This document shows positions 1 through 9,010 of a DNA stretch of 64,000 nt, piece by piece (position 1 is the stretch's first letter; each line of letters opens with the position of its first letter). A program made the translations under genes and the position numbers. The notes under the pieces were generated by a model that was not told where the DNA came from, made no database searches, and saw nothing but the letters and a program-made list of their open reading frames with translations. Source of the DNA: Fimbriimonadia bacterium (lineage in GTDB: Bacteria; Armatimonadota; Fimbriimonadia; Fimbriimonadales; JABRVX01); assembly GCA_041483895.1 (NCBI GenBank), contig JBGPGO010000008.1, positions 123,195 through 187,194 of the forward strand. The letters run 5' to 3'.

Positions 1-1648
1 TGGCTGTCACTTTGCTGATGCCGCCCGGCTCCGATTGACGCAGCACAGTCAGCCAAAAGTGTTGCGATGAGACCGCCGGGTTTTGGGTCGCGAACGATAT
101 CGCTAAGGGGCAGTCCGGGCGCACTCTTTGCTCGAAGAAATCATTGCGCGGCTTATAGTCCATGCATTCCGCGCCGGGATAGTCGGGGGAATCATACCAG
201 TGCCCGGCGCCCGACTCTTCATGCGTGTGAAAGTCCGGGTGGTCCTTCAGCTTTTCTTTCATCGTGGTCAACTCGGTAAACGGCACGTTGTCATCGGCGG
301 TGCCGTGCACGGCATATATCGGAAGGTTATCGTAATTGCTGAGAAGGGAGAGGGTGTCGCTCTCCAGCTTGCATCGTTGCAGCGGATCGTCGCCCACGAC
401 CGGCGCCCCGCCGCCATAGCTGAAGAACGAGACCCATGCCGAGGACGGACCGATTGCGGCCCAAAGCGATGGGTAAAGCGCCCCGAGATACCAGGTCCCG
501 TGGCCGCCCATGGAATGGCCGGTGAGATAGATGCGGTTCGGATCGATTGCATGCTTTGCCGTGAAATCGGCGAGCGTTTCGAGCGCATCCATCCGGCCCC
601 ATTCCTGCCAGTCGAAGCCAAATGGCCGGCGATTGGTCGGCGCAACCATCCACGTGTTGACCTTTGTGTATGTCGCGCCGATCTGCCCATTGGCCTCGAC
701 CCCGGCGCCGTGCAATGTGAGCTGCATCGGCGCGGGGCCTGGGGCCGGATGCAGCGGCGGACGGACGGCGTAATATTGCACGGAACCGTCGATCTTGGAA
801 AGGCGAGTGACGGCATATTGATCGCCAGGCTGCCGGACACTGATTGCAATGATTTGTGTGTGCGTTTCTCCCCGATATTTCAATTTCACCGTCAACTGCA
901 CGCGGCCGTCCTTGTCCTTGTCCTCTGCCTCCACATCGCGCTTCTGGACGATGGGGAAGGGGGGTTTGAGGATGCCGTACGGCAGGATATCGGCCAGTTT
1001 CACCACCTGCCGCGCGAAAACCGGTCCCTCAATCTCCAGCGTACCGCCACTCAGCGCAGTAGGCAAGTGATTGGCGATGACGACAGCGCCGAAAGACTTA
1101 AGCCGCTCGCCGACGCGAACGTCCGGCACAAGCGTATCCCGCTCCGTCAGGGAGCATGAACCGGACACTGGTGACAGGTTGAATGAAAAATTCCCACGAC
1201 TTGAACGGACGATGAAAACATTCTTGCCTTTGCGCAGCGGGACGACAATTTTGAGAATGCCGAGACCATACACGTCTCCCACAAAGGGAAGCCCGTTGAC
1301 AAACAGGTGGCTGAATCCGCCGCCGGTCAGAAAAACGGGACCTTCCGATTGAGCATCTACGGTGGTCGCTGCCCAGCCGTTTTGGAACCGCTCCGATTCA
1401 ACGCCGCCATCCACCTTGGTTGTCGCGGTTTCCGTCCAATCCGGATCGACGTTCGGGTTGCGGGCAATCTGATCGGCGATGGAATCTACGACAAACGGAA
1501 TCCTGCCACCGGTACCCTGATATCTGGACACTTTCCAAATCAGTTTCCCCGCGGAAACATCGGATGGGAGGACTTGGGAATGCGAAAATTGGCACGACAG
1601 CAGCAATGCGCAAACGGCGAATATGTTGTTAAGCATCATCGTGCCCAT
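1..1648 (-). CDS. Secreted alpha/beta-hydrolase (prolyl oligopeptidase/esterase-like), runs off the window start
   Basis: Not in the ORF track (no stop seen in the window). Manual minus-strand translation gives a signal peptide (MMLNNIFAVCALLLSC), TLHGAGVEA, APTNRRPFGFDWQEWG and the nucleophile elbow YLTGHSMGGHGTW. In-frame ATGs at 1660, 1648 and 1639. Confidence 0.85.
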   Translation of the reverse strand, partial: MGTMMLNNIFAVCALLLSCQFSHSQVLPSDVSAGKLIWKVSRYQGTGGRIPFVVDSIADQIARNPNVDPDWTETATTKVDGGVESERFQNGWAATTVDAQSEGPVFLTGGGFSHLFVNGLPFVGDVYGLGILKIVVPLRKGKNVFIVRSSRGNFSFNLSPVSGSCSLTERDTLVPDVRVGERLKSFGAVVIANHLPTALSGGTLEIEGPVFARQVVKLADILPYGILKPPFPIVQKRDVEAEDKDKDGRVQLTVKLKYRGETHTQIIAISVRQPGDQYAVTRLSKIDGSVQYYAVRPPLHPAPGPAPMQLTLHGAGVEANGQIGATYTKVNTWMVAPTNRRPFGFDWQEWGRMDALETLADFTAKHAIDPNRIYLTGHSMGGHGTWYLGALYPSLWAAIGPSSAWVSFFSYGGGAPVVGDDPLQRCKLESDTLSLLSNYDNLPIYAVHGTADDNVPFTELTTMKEKLKDHPDFHTHEESGAGHWYDSPDYPGAECMDYKPRNDFFEQRVRPDCPLAISFATQNPAVSSQHFWLTVLRQSEPGGISKVTA

Positions 1649-1671
1649 GGTACCAGCCATGGGAGGCAGGG

Positions 1672-3423
1672 TTACCCGCCATCAATGGGCTCCGGCGTGA
1701 CTGTGATTTCGATCTTGGCCTTCGCCCTTTCGATCAAAACCTTGACCGGCGTTCCGGCGGATGACTTCAAAAAGCCCTCCACGATGCTCTGCATGTCCTG
1801 AATCGTCACGTCGCCCCATTTCAAGATCACGTCGCCCTCTTTCAATCCCGCCTTCTCCGCCGGGCTGCCGGGACTCACGCCGCTCAGCAATACCCCCGGC
1901 CCGTCGAACGAATAGTCGGGTATGAGGCCGACGCGAATCTTGATGCCCCCGCGACCCGATCCGGTGGCAGGCGGAGTGGTCGTGTCGGGCTTGTCAAAAG
2001 TCATCCCTTGCGTCACCTTCTGGAAGGGGACCTTCTGATCGAGAGCGTCGATCTTTTGCACCATGCGATCGACCATGTGGAGAACGGATACTTCGCCGGG
2101 ATAGTTGATTTTGTCCCAGTCATCCGTATAGGCGTGATAGTCCTTATGCAGATTGGTGAAAAAGAATACGACGGGAATCCCGCTGTTGTAAAAGCCTGTG
2201 TGATCGCTCGGTCCCGCGCCGGCGGCGACCTTGCTGATCTTCAGATTGTCGGTATTGACTTCATCGATCCATTTGGACCATATCTGAGATGAACCGACGC
2301 CTTCAATCGACAGCTTGTTATCCGTCATGCGTCCAACCATGTCCATGTTGACCATCGCGGTCACTTTTTGCAGATCGACCGTTGGATTGTGGACGAAATA
2401 GTTGGAGCCAATGAGCCCCTCTTCTTCTCCGCCAAAACAGATAAAAAGCATGCCGCGCTTGTTCGTGTGCTTCGCTGAATAATATTGTGCCATTTCCATG
2501 ACGGCCGCGCTGCCGGAGGCGTTGTCATCCGCGCCGTTATGGATGTAGACGGTCCCGTCCACCGCCCCGACCTGGCCGTATCCGAGATGATCGAGATGGC
2601 CGCCGAGGACGATCATCTGATCCTTATAGGCAGGATCGTTGCCGGGAAGAAAGCCGATCACATTCTTGGACTTGCCGCGATTCGGCTCCATCTGGGTGAT
2701 AAACCGCACGCGGGAATTGGCGAACAGAAAAGATTGCGGCTTGCCGGTGGAATTGAGCGACGCGAACAGATCCATGATCTTTTTTCCGCCGAGAAGCCGC
2801 TCTGCCGCGGTCCGAGTGATGAGAATCACGGGAACGTCGGCGGCCTTAAATCGGAGCAGCATCGGCGCCAATATCTCGCCTTGCGCGCCGGCTGAAACAA
2901 GAATGACTCCTGTCGCGCCCGCATCGGTGGCGGCATGCATGCGTTCGCTTAAGGCGGGACCGCCTTCGGGCTTTTCAACCAGCATCATCACAACTTTGCC
3001 GGAGGGATCAGCACCGACGTAATCGTCCTTGATGCCAAAACCGACGAATGCCAACTGGCCGCGGCCCCAACGGTCGTGCCTGCTGCCCGGTACTGGTGCG
3101 TAGTCCACGCCTCGGACAAAATCCAAAGACTTCTCGCTGATATCGACAACCAGCATGTTGTTCTTGCCGTAGCTCGATCCCGCGGTCATCTCGAACGGTT
3201 GGAAATACCCGTTGGTACCAAGCGGTTGCAGTCCATATTTCTTGAACTCGCTCGCCACGTAGGCGGCGGCTTTTTCGAATCCCGGGCTGACCGCCAATCG
3301 GCCCTCGAGCTCGTCGGAGGCAAGGTATTTGATATGGCGCTCGATATCGGCCGCCTTGATCTCCTGCCCGGCAACGGCGCCGCCGGAAAGAACTGCAAGG
3401 AAAATCCATAGAATTCGTTTCAT
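1672..3423 (-). CDS. M28 family metallopeptidase with PA and C-terminal PDZ domains
   Basis: GHLDHLG, GADDNASG, GEEEGLIGS, NMDMVG, SDH and DYH motifs; PDZ-like GSPAEKAGLKEGD; signal peptide MKRILWIF; GGAGG before ATG 3423. Confidence 0.92.
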   Translation of the reverse strand: MKRILWIFLAVLSGGAVAGQEIKAADIERHIKYLASDELEGRLAVSPGFEKAAAYVASEFKKYGLQPLGTNGYFQPFEMTAGSSYGKNNMLVVDISEKSLDFVRGVDYAPVPGSRHDRWGRGQLAFVGFGIKDDYVGADPSGKVVMMLVEKPEGGPALSERMHAATDAGATGVILVSAGAQGEILAPMLLRFKAADVPVILITRTAAERLLGGKKIMDLFASLNSTGKPQSFLFANSRVRFITQMEPNRGKSKNVIGFLPGNDPAYKDQMIVLGGHLDHLGYGQVGAVDGTVYIHNGADDNASGSAAVMEMAQYYSAKHTNKRGMLFICFGGEEEGLIGSNYFVHNPTVDLQKVTAMVNMDMVGRMTDNKLSIEGVGSSQIWSKWIDEVNTDNLKISKVAAGAGPSDHTGFYNSGIPVVFFFTNLHKDYHAYTDDWDKINYPGEVSVLHMVDRMVQKIDALDQKVPFQKVTQGMTFDKPDTTTPPATGSGRGGIKIRVGLIPDYSFDGPGVLLSGVSPGSPAEKAGLKEGDVILKWGDVTIQDMQSIVEGFLKSSAGTPVKVLIERAKAKIEITVTPEPIDGG

Positions 3424-3433
3424 TTTTCCTCCC

Positions 3434-4468
3434 TTAGGGAACCCAGTCGGCGATGAATACATCCGTCTCCCCAGGCCTCAAATGCGCCCGATTGCTGCAG
3501 AATACGATCTTCTTGCCATTTGGCGAGAACATCGGGAAGCCGTCGAATTCCTTCGTATACGTGATCCGCTCGAATCCTATACCGTCCACGTTGATCATGT
3601 GGACGTCGAACTCGCGTCCTTTGGCGTCGGGATAGTTCGATGAAAACACAATGTGCTTGCCGTCCGAATGCATGTACGGAGCGAAGGAGGCACAACCCAG
3701 ATGCGTGATCTGCCGCTTGTGCGATCCATCCGCGTTCATGATCCAGATCTCCAGCGGCCCAGGGCGGTACAGATTCTGCGCGAGATTCTTCTTGTAATCC
3801 TGGAGCTCGGCGTCGCTGGAAAACGCCGACCGCCGGTAGACGATCTGCTTGCCATTCGGGGTCCAGAACGGTCCGCCGTCGTAGCCGGGTTCGTTGGTGA
3901 GACGTTTCAGGCGCTTTCCGTTTAGGTCCATGGTATAGATGTCGAGGTCGCCGTCCTTCGCGCTTGTGAAGGCGACGACGCCTTTCCTGTTGATCGTGGA
4001 TTCGGCCGTGTAGTTTCCGAAATGGGTGAGCTGTTTCAGATCGGTCCCATCGGGTTTCGCGGTGAAAATCTCATACGTCTTGTACATGTTCCAGACGTAG
4101 CCTTTGGAATAGTCGGGAGGCGGCGGAGCGGCCGGGTCAGCCCAATGGGTGCTGGAGAAAAGGACGCGCTTGCCATTGGGAAAGTAGTAGCCGCAGGTGC
4201 ATTTTCCCATTCCCGTGGAAACCAGCTGTCTCCCCGTCCCGTCCGGGTTTATCGAATAGATCTGGTCGGCGCCGTCGGGGGAATCGCTGGATTGATAGAT
4301 CAGCTTCTTGCCGTCGAAGCTCCAATAGCATTCGGCGTTTTCGCCTTTGAAGGTTAGCTGCTTTACGTTCTTGAGATGGCGTTCCTGTGGGTCCCGAAGT
4401 GGGTGCGTGCTGTCGGTAGGCTGTTGCGGCAGGGCCAGAAAAAGGCTGAAAAGGAGTAGTCCGCGCAT
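3434..4468 (-). CDS. TolB-like PD40/beta-propeller periplasmic protein
   Basis: Repeated QLT..G.N/YDGGPFWTPNG/FPMFSPNG units; signal peptide. Confidence 0.88.
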   Translation of the reverse strand: MRGLLLFSLFLALPQQPTDSTHPLRDPQERHLKNVKQLTFKGENAECYWSFDGKKLIYQSSDSPDGADQIYSINPDGTGRQLVSTGMGKCTCGYYFPNGKRVLFSSTHWADPAAPPPPDYSKGYVWNMYKTYEIFTAKPDGTDLKQLTHFGNYTAESTINRKGVVAFTSAKDGDLDIYTMDLNGKRLKRLTNEPGYDGGPFWTPNGKQIVYRRSAFSSDAELQDYKKNLAQNLYRPGPLEIWIMNADGSHKRQITHLGCASFAPYMHSDGKHIVFSSNYPDAKGREFDVHMINVDGIGFERITYTKEFDGFPMFSPNGKKIVFCSNRAHLRPGETDVFIADWVP

Positions 4469-4522
4469 AATGATGGAATTCTACCCACCCCGCAAAACGT
4501 AATAGCGTTACGAGGAGGCACA

Positions 4523-4837
4523 GTGCGTATCGAGGAATTGCGGGAAAGGGTGCTTGCGGAATTCGGACCGGACCTCAGCCGGGCGACCCCGGCATCTGTG
4601 ACTGAGTTTCTGACTCGCCTGGAAGCGGAAGAGGGCGGGGAAAACGGGTGTCTGGAAATGGGAGGGTATGCGGGCGGTTACGACCGAATCATTCGGACTT
4701 TTCTGGGCCGGATGCTGGCTGCCCATCCGGACGATTCTGTGGTTCCCCTTTGGAAGTTTTGTCTTCAACTTGCGTTTTCAATGGAGGAACAACACGAAGC
4801 CGCGCGCCTGGAACCTCTTTTTGGTGATCCTCTGTAG
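4523..4837 (+). CDS. Hypothetical protein (104 aa, helical)
   Basis: GAGGAGG SD before GTG; protein-like composition; 3' end overlaps the anti-sigma ORF. Confidence 0.65.
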   Translation: MRIEELRERVLAEFGPDLSRATPASVTEFLTRLEAEEGGENGCLEMGGYAGGYDRIIRTFLGRMLAAHPDDSVVPLWKFCLQLAFSMEEQHEAARLEPLFGDPL

Positions 4838-5306
4838 GATTCGTTACGGAGTCGACCGGTACCGCCTCCTTTTTTGGAACATCCAAGATATTCGCGCCGT
4901 CGGTATTGGCCGGCGTTCCGATGTATTCCACGGTTCTTTCAGTCGCCTGCGCCGCAGGTGTTCCCACATAGCTTGTATCCAAAATTGGCCGTATGCCGAC
5001 GGCCCATGCGACCACGAAAACCATGCACGCGGCGACTCCCGCCATAGCAACACGGAACGGCTGCCCGAGCGGTCTCGCGATGTCGACCGGCTTGGGCAGT
5101 TCGGCGGCAATTCGTTCCCAAATCTGTTTGGGCGGTTCGGGCGGACGCCATTCCATCAGCAGCATGCCGACGTCGGCCAACGCCTTGAGCTCCGCGCCGC
5201 ATTCCGGACAGGTCCGTACGTGGTCGCGGATGTCATCCGCTTTTGCAGATTCCAAATTGTCTTCGATAAAGTCGGCCAAGTAAGGCCGGGTATCAGTGCA
5301 TCCCAC
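4689..5306 (-). CDS. Zinc-finger (zf-HC2) transmembrane anti-sigma factor
   Basis: GTG at 5306 after GGAGG; C...HVRTCPEC (HxxxCxxC) motif, one TM helix, low-complexity tail; follows an ECF sigma gene. Confidence 0.85.
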   Translation of the reverse strand: MGCTDTRPYLADFIEDNLESAKADDIRDHVRTCPECGAELKALADVGMLLMEWRPPEPPKQIWERIAAELPKPVDIARPLGQPFRVAMAGVAACMVFVVAWAVGIRPILDTSYVGTPAAQATERTVEYIGTPANTDGANILDVPKKEAVPVDSVTNPTEDHQKEVPGARLRVVPPLKTQVEDKTSKGEPQNRPDGQPASGPEKSE

Positions 5307-5889
5307 TTTTTCCCTCCACAATCGGCGCAAGGGCCGTTCGCAACGCATCCCTGGCCCGCGCCAGCCGCGACTTGACGGTACCGACCGGCACGTCCAACGC
5401 CGTGGCCACTTCCTCCACGCTCATTCCCTCGAAGTGGTGGAGAGCCACAACCATTCGATGGGCCGGCTTCAGGTTCGCGACCGCATCGACCACGGCTTCC
5501 TGTGTTTCCTGCCGGATCACCGCCCGCTCCGGATCGTCCTGCGGCGACACGATGTCGCGCGGCGCATTTGGGTTTGTGCCTTCCAGGGGCTCGTAGGCAA
5601 TCAGCTTGCCGTGCCGCAGAAAGTCAATCCCCAGGTTCGTTGCCGTCGCGCGGAGCCAGCCGTAAACCGCCTGGTCGGCCCGCAGAGACCCAATCCGCCG
5701 AAAGGCGCGCAAAAATACCTCTTGAGCCAATTCGGCGGCATCGTCCGTGTTGCCGACCATGCCGAACAGCAGGGCATAGACTCGCCCGCTGTATCGCCGG
5801 TACAGTTCTTCGAACGCCGCCGGATCGCCCCGTTGGGCTCGGAGTACGAGATCCGCATCCGTCAATCGGGTCAGATTGCGTCGAAACAT
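5293..5889 (-). CDS. ECF (sigma-70 group 4) RNA polymerase sigma factor
   Basis: AFEELYRRY, DAAELAQEVFLRAF, GTVKSRLARAR. Confidence 0.95.
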   Translation of the reverse strand: MFRRNLTRLTDADLVLRAQRGDPAAFEELYRRYSGRVYALLFGMVGNTDDAAELAQEVFLRAFRRIGSLRADQAVYGWLRATATNLGIDFLRHGKLIAYEPLEGTNPNAPRDIVSPQDDPERAVIRQETQEAVVDAVANLKPAHRMVVALHHFEGMSVEEVATALDVPVGTVKSRLARARDALRTALAPIVEGKSGMH

Positions 5890-5999
5890 CTATCGCGATA
5901 GCCTTCTACCGATAAGGACGGCTTTCCGGGCAGTTGGTTCCCTGGCCACGCCAAAGTCAATTGCCGCCAGGATGGCAGCGTTACGGGTGATTCTGCGAT

Positions 6000-6058
6000 G
6001 TGTCGGGGTCCACGTCCGGCAATATCTTAGGTCCACCGACCACCAAAGACCCCGACAC
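6000..6058. repeat. 59-bp palindromic element, copy 1
   Basis: GTGTCGGGGTC...GACCCCGACAC perfect 11-bp inverted repeat with a 37-nt spacer. Confidence 0.85.
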
Positions 6059-6168
6059 GATATTATTACTCGCGCGGACAAGAGCCTGGGGCTACTGGGG
6101 AGGGAATCGGGTAGATTCTAGCGGTTGCCGCGCGAATTTGCCGGGGTGCGGCGGGATGGAGCAGGGAT

Positions 6169-6540
6169 TTGGAGTTTCCGAACTGGTGGCTGTACATAAC
6201 CGGGATCTTCTGTGGTGTGGGGATATTTACATGGATTGTCCTTCTGGTTTTGATGCTGCGAATGCAGATCGCTATCACTGACCTTAAGACCAAAATCGAT
6301 GAGATTGCGATCAGCGTAAAGTCGGCCGCCCAGAAGGTTGAAGGTACGGCAACGATGGTCCGGAACAAGTCCGAGACGATGCTGTCCGTGGTCGGAGAAG
6401 CGGTTCTGACGGTCGCGACCCGCCTCACCATGCTATCTACCATCCTCGGTTTCGTCGTCGCCGCGGCCAAAGCGAAGCATCAGCTCTCCGAATTGGCGGA
6501 CAAAAAGAAGTCAGGCAAAGCGAAATCCGAACCCTCATAG
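6169..6540 (+). CDS. Small membrane protein with coiled-coil segment
   Basis: N-terminal TM helix, helical middle, second hydrophobic segment; GGAG upstream of TTG. Confidence 0.75.
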   Translation: MEFPNWWLYITGIFCGVGIFTWIVLLVLMLRMQIAITDLKTKIDEIAISVKSAAQKVEGTATMVRNKSETMLSVVGEAVLTVATRLTMLSTILGFVVAAAKAKHQLSELADKKKSGKAKSEPS

Positions 6541-6561
6541 TGCATTGTCAAAGAGCTTGGT

Positions 6562-6604
6562 CCGGGAATACGCCGTCCTCCGGCCAGAAAACGGCGTATC
6601 CCGG
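6562..6604. terminator. Strong hairpin downstream of 6169-6540 (terminator or small RNA part)
   Basis: CCGGGAATACGCCGT ... ACGGCGTATCCCGG; no clean U-tract. Confidence 0.45.
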
Positions 6605-6718
6605 TTGTGGGTGAAACCTCTCCGCACCTGAGTCTCCCAGCGACATAAACCGGCGCGGTAACCCCATTTGTGACAAGACTCTGCGATTTTTTTTACTTTT
6701 TTTCGCTAAGATCGACCC

Positions 6719-8728
6719 GTGCCGATTCTTTTTGCCCTCGCCGTCGCCCTGTTCTCCTCCTCCGCAGGGCATCCGTTTGCCGCTCGCTGGTGGCCCGGCG
6801 GATCGCGGGGCGAGCGGGTGGCGCTGGCGTCCGGGCTGGCGCTTGGCGTGGCCGCATATCTGATTTTCTTCTTCGGATGGTCCGGTCAATTGCGACTCGG
6901 TCTCATCGTGGCGGGCGGTCTGCTTCTGCTATTTGGCGTTGCCGGCATTAAGTCAATGTGGGAGGATTGGCGACCCGCGTTACGTGTTCCCAGTCTGGTG
7001 TGGCTCGTTGTATTCGGCGCGTTCCTCCTTTTGGCAGTCGTAGCGGCCTTGGCGCCCCCGACCGCGTTGGAGTGGGACAGCCTCGCCTACCATCTGGCCC
7101 TGCCGAAAATCTGGCTTGTCCAAAACCGTGTGGTCACGATGCCCTACGATCATCACAGCTACTTCCCGCAGCTCATGGAGATGCTGTTCACGGGCGGGCT
7201 GGCGGCGGGCGGCTTTGGCGCGGCGAAGCTGATGCACACGTGGATCAGCATCCTTGCCGTCCTGGCTGCGGGCGGATTTGTTTCGCGCGTCATTGGCTCG
7301 CGGGCCGGGTTGTGGGCGGCGTTGTCGGTGGCCTGCTGCCCTATGGCGTGCTGGGAGGCGGGGACCGCATACATCGACATGGCGACGGCGCTCTACACAG
7401 TCCTCGCGCTGTTGCTGCTCCATGGGATGCGTGACAATGGGCGCCTCATTTGGCTCGCGGCGGTGTGCGCCGGTCTGACCGCGGCGACCAAGTATACGGG
7501 CCTGCTCACGATTGGTTTGCTGTCGGCCACCTCCCTCGTTTGGCTGCATGGTAGTGCCCTGGTCTTTGGTGTGGGCAAACGGAAACAATCGGCAGACGAG
7601 GACCAGGGCACATCACGGCAACGTGGCCGTGCCCTGGTCTTTGGTGGGGGCAAACGGAAACAATCGGTAGACGTGGACCAAGGCACATCACGGGCATCTT
7701 TTTTTTCAAAGCTCGCCTGGAAGCCGGCGGTATTGCTCTTCATGGTGGGCTTGGCGGTTGCTTCTCCTTGGTACATCCGCACCACGATCGACACCGGAAA
7801 CCCCGTCTATCCGTTCGCGTACAGCATCTTCAAAGGGAGATATTGGAGCGCGCGAAATGCGGAGATATATCGAGCCGAACAGGTCAGCTTTGGGGTCGGA
7901 AAAAAGCCGTGGGAACTGCCGCGCGTTCCGTGGGACCTGACGACGCGTCCGGAGGCATACTTCAATCAGGGCGGTCTGATCGGCGCGCTCGGCCTGCCGC
8001 TTATCCTGTGCGCCTTCCTCCTCGCAGCAGTACTGCCTAAACCCCCTGGATATTGGTACGTCCTCGGCTTCGTGGGGCTGAACTTGGTCGCTTGGTATTG
8101 GATGAGTCAGCAGGCCCGGTACATCTTGGCGCTGGCGCCGGCGCTTGCCGTCTTCGCCGGTTCAGCAGCGGGCTCGACGGTGAAACCGGTTCGGCTCTCG
8201 GCCATTTTCGCCATCGCGGCGCAAGCGGCGTTTGTCCTGTTTTTCTTCGGCATGAATTTGACGCAAACGGAAGCAAGATTTCTGCTTGGCGCCAATTCGA
8301 TGAAATCGATTCCGCAATATCAGATGGCGCGGGCTGTCAACACGCTGCCAAATGAGTCGAGAATCGCTCTCTACGACGAGGTGATGGGCTATTATCTCGA
8401 CCGCCGGTATTTCTGGGCGAATCCCGGGCACAGCACCGTCATTCCGTATCAAAGGTTGAGCACTCCGGAGGGCCTGCTTCGTACTCTTAAGTTGCAAGGT
8501 TTTACGCATGTGCTGGTCAACTTGGCCGCCTTGCCGCCCGACTTGCTGAACACTTGGCGACCGATGCTGGATGCCGAAGTTTCCTGGACGGGAGACCTGG
8601 CTGCCGGAACAGAGGCCTGGCGCAGGCAGTTGGCATGGGGCGTGCAGCACGGATACCTGGCTAGAGAAGGGGTCGATCCCGGCCCAAGATATAGGCTGTA
8701 CCGGATCACCCTCCCCTCCGATCGGTAG
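6719..8728 (+). CDS. Polytopic GT-C (ArnT/PMT-like) membrane glycosyltransferase with in-frame repeat insertion
   Basis: WDSLAYHLALPK, AYIDMA, ATKYTG, PWYIRT..TGNPVYPF; many TM helices; duplicated hydrophilic insert at 7554-7690. Confidence 0.85.
   Translation: MPILFALAVALFSSSAGHPFAARWWPGGSRGERVALASGLALGVAAYLIFFFGWSGQLRLGLIVAGGLLLLFGVAGIKSMWEDWRPALRVPSLVWLVVFGAFLLLAVVAALAPPTALEWDSLAYHLALPKIWLVQNRVVTMPYDHHSYFPQLMEMLFTGGLAAGGFGAAKLMHTWISILAVLAAGGFVSRVIGSRAGLWAALSVACCPMACWEAGTAYIDMATALYTVLALLLLHGMRDNGRLIWLAAVCAGLTAATKYTGLLTIGLLSATSLVWLHGSALVFGVGKRKQSADEDQGTSRQRGRALVFGGGKRKQSVDVDQGTSRASFFSKLAWKPAVLLFMVGLAVASPWYIRTTIDTGNPVYPFAYSIFKGRYWSARNAEIYRAEQVSFGVGKKPWELPRVPWDLTTRPEAYFNQGGLIGALGLPLILCAFLLAAVLPKPPGYWYVLGFVGLNLVAWYWMSQQARYILALAPALAVFAGSAAGSTVKPVRLSAIFAIAAQAAFVLFFFGMNLTQTEARFLLGANSMKSIPQYQMARAVNTLPNESRIALYDEVMGYYLDRRYFWANPGHSTVIPYQRLSTPEGLLRTLKLQGFTHVLVNLAALPPDLLNTWRPMLDAEVSWTGDLAAGTEAWRRQLAWGVQHGYLAREGVDPGPRYRLYRITLPSDR
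7554..7686. repeat. Two tandem 58-bp palindromic elements (period 75 bp) inside the glycosyltransferase CDS
   Basis: GTGCCCTGGTC...GACCAGGGCAC at 7554-7611 and GTGCCCTGGTC...GACCAAGGCAC at 7629-7686. Confidence 0.9.
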
Positions 8729-8764
8729 CTCGCCGCTAGCCGCATGCTTTAGCTTGCGCAGTCC

Positions 8765-8823
8765 GTGTCGGGGTCTTGAGTTGGCGACGGGCCAAAGATA
8801 TCGTTAAACGTGAACCCCGACAC
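8765..8823. repeat. 59-bp palindromic element copy
   Basis: GTGTCGGGGTC...AACCCCGACAC; spacer aligns ungapped (24/37 by hand) with the reverse complement of copy 1. Confidence 0.85.
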
Positions 8824-8912
8824 AGCGAGGGAAATCTCGCAAGCCAAAGCATGCGGCTACCGGGGCGGGCCGGGGAGACGGGCGGACGATTTGGTATACT
8901 GGTGGCTTCCAA

Positions 8913-8988
8913 GGCGCCGTACCCAAGTGGCTAAGGGAAGGGTCTGCAAAACCCTCATTCAGCGGTTCGATTCCGCTCGGCGCCTCCA
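8913..8988 (+). tRNA. tRNA-Cys (GCA)
   Basis: GGCGCCG/CGGCGCC acceptor stem, AGGGT-CTGCAAA-ACCCT anticodon arm, GGTTCGATTCC T arm, U discriminator, encoded CCA; TATACT -10 box at 8895-8900. Confidence 0.97.
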
Positions 8989-9010
8989 ACTTGACTAGAG
9001 GAGGAAAGCC

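Noticed and set aside
128..1159. 343-aa plus-strand ORF
   Set aside because: Antisense shadow of the minus-strand hydrolase carrying GHSMGG.
6000..6058. 59-bp elements as integron attC sites (59-base elements)
   Set aside because: No RYYYAAC/GTTRRRY core sites, no cassette array and no integrase; the length match looks coincidental.
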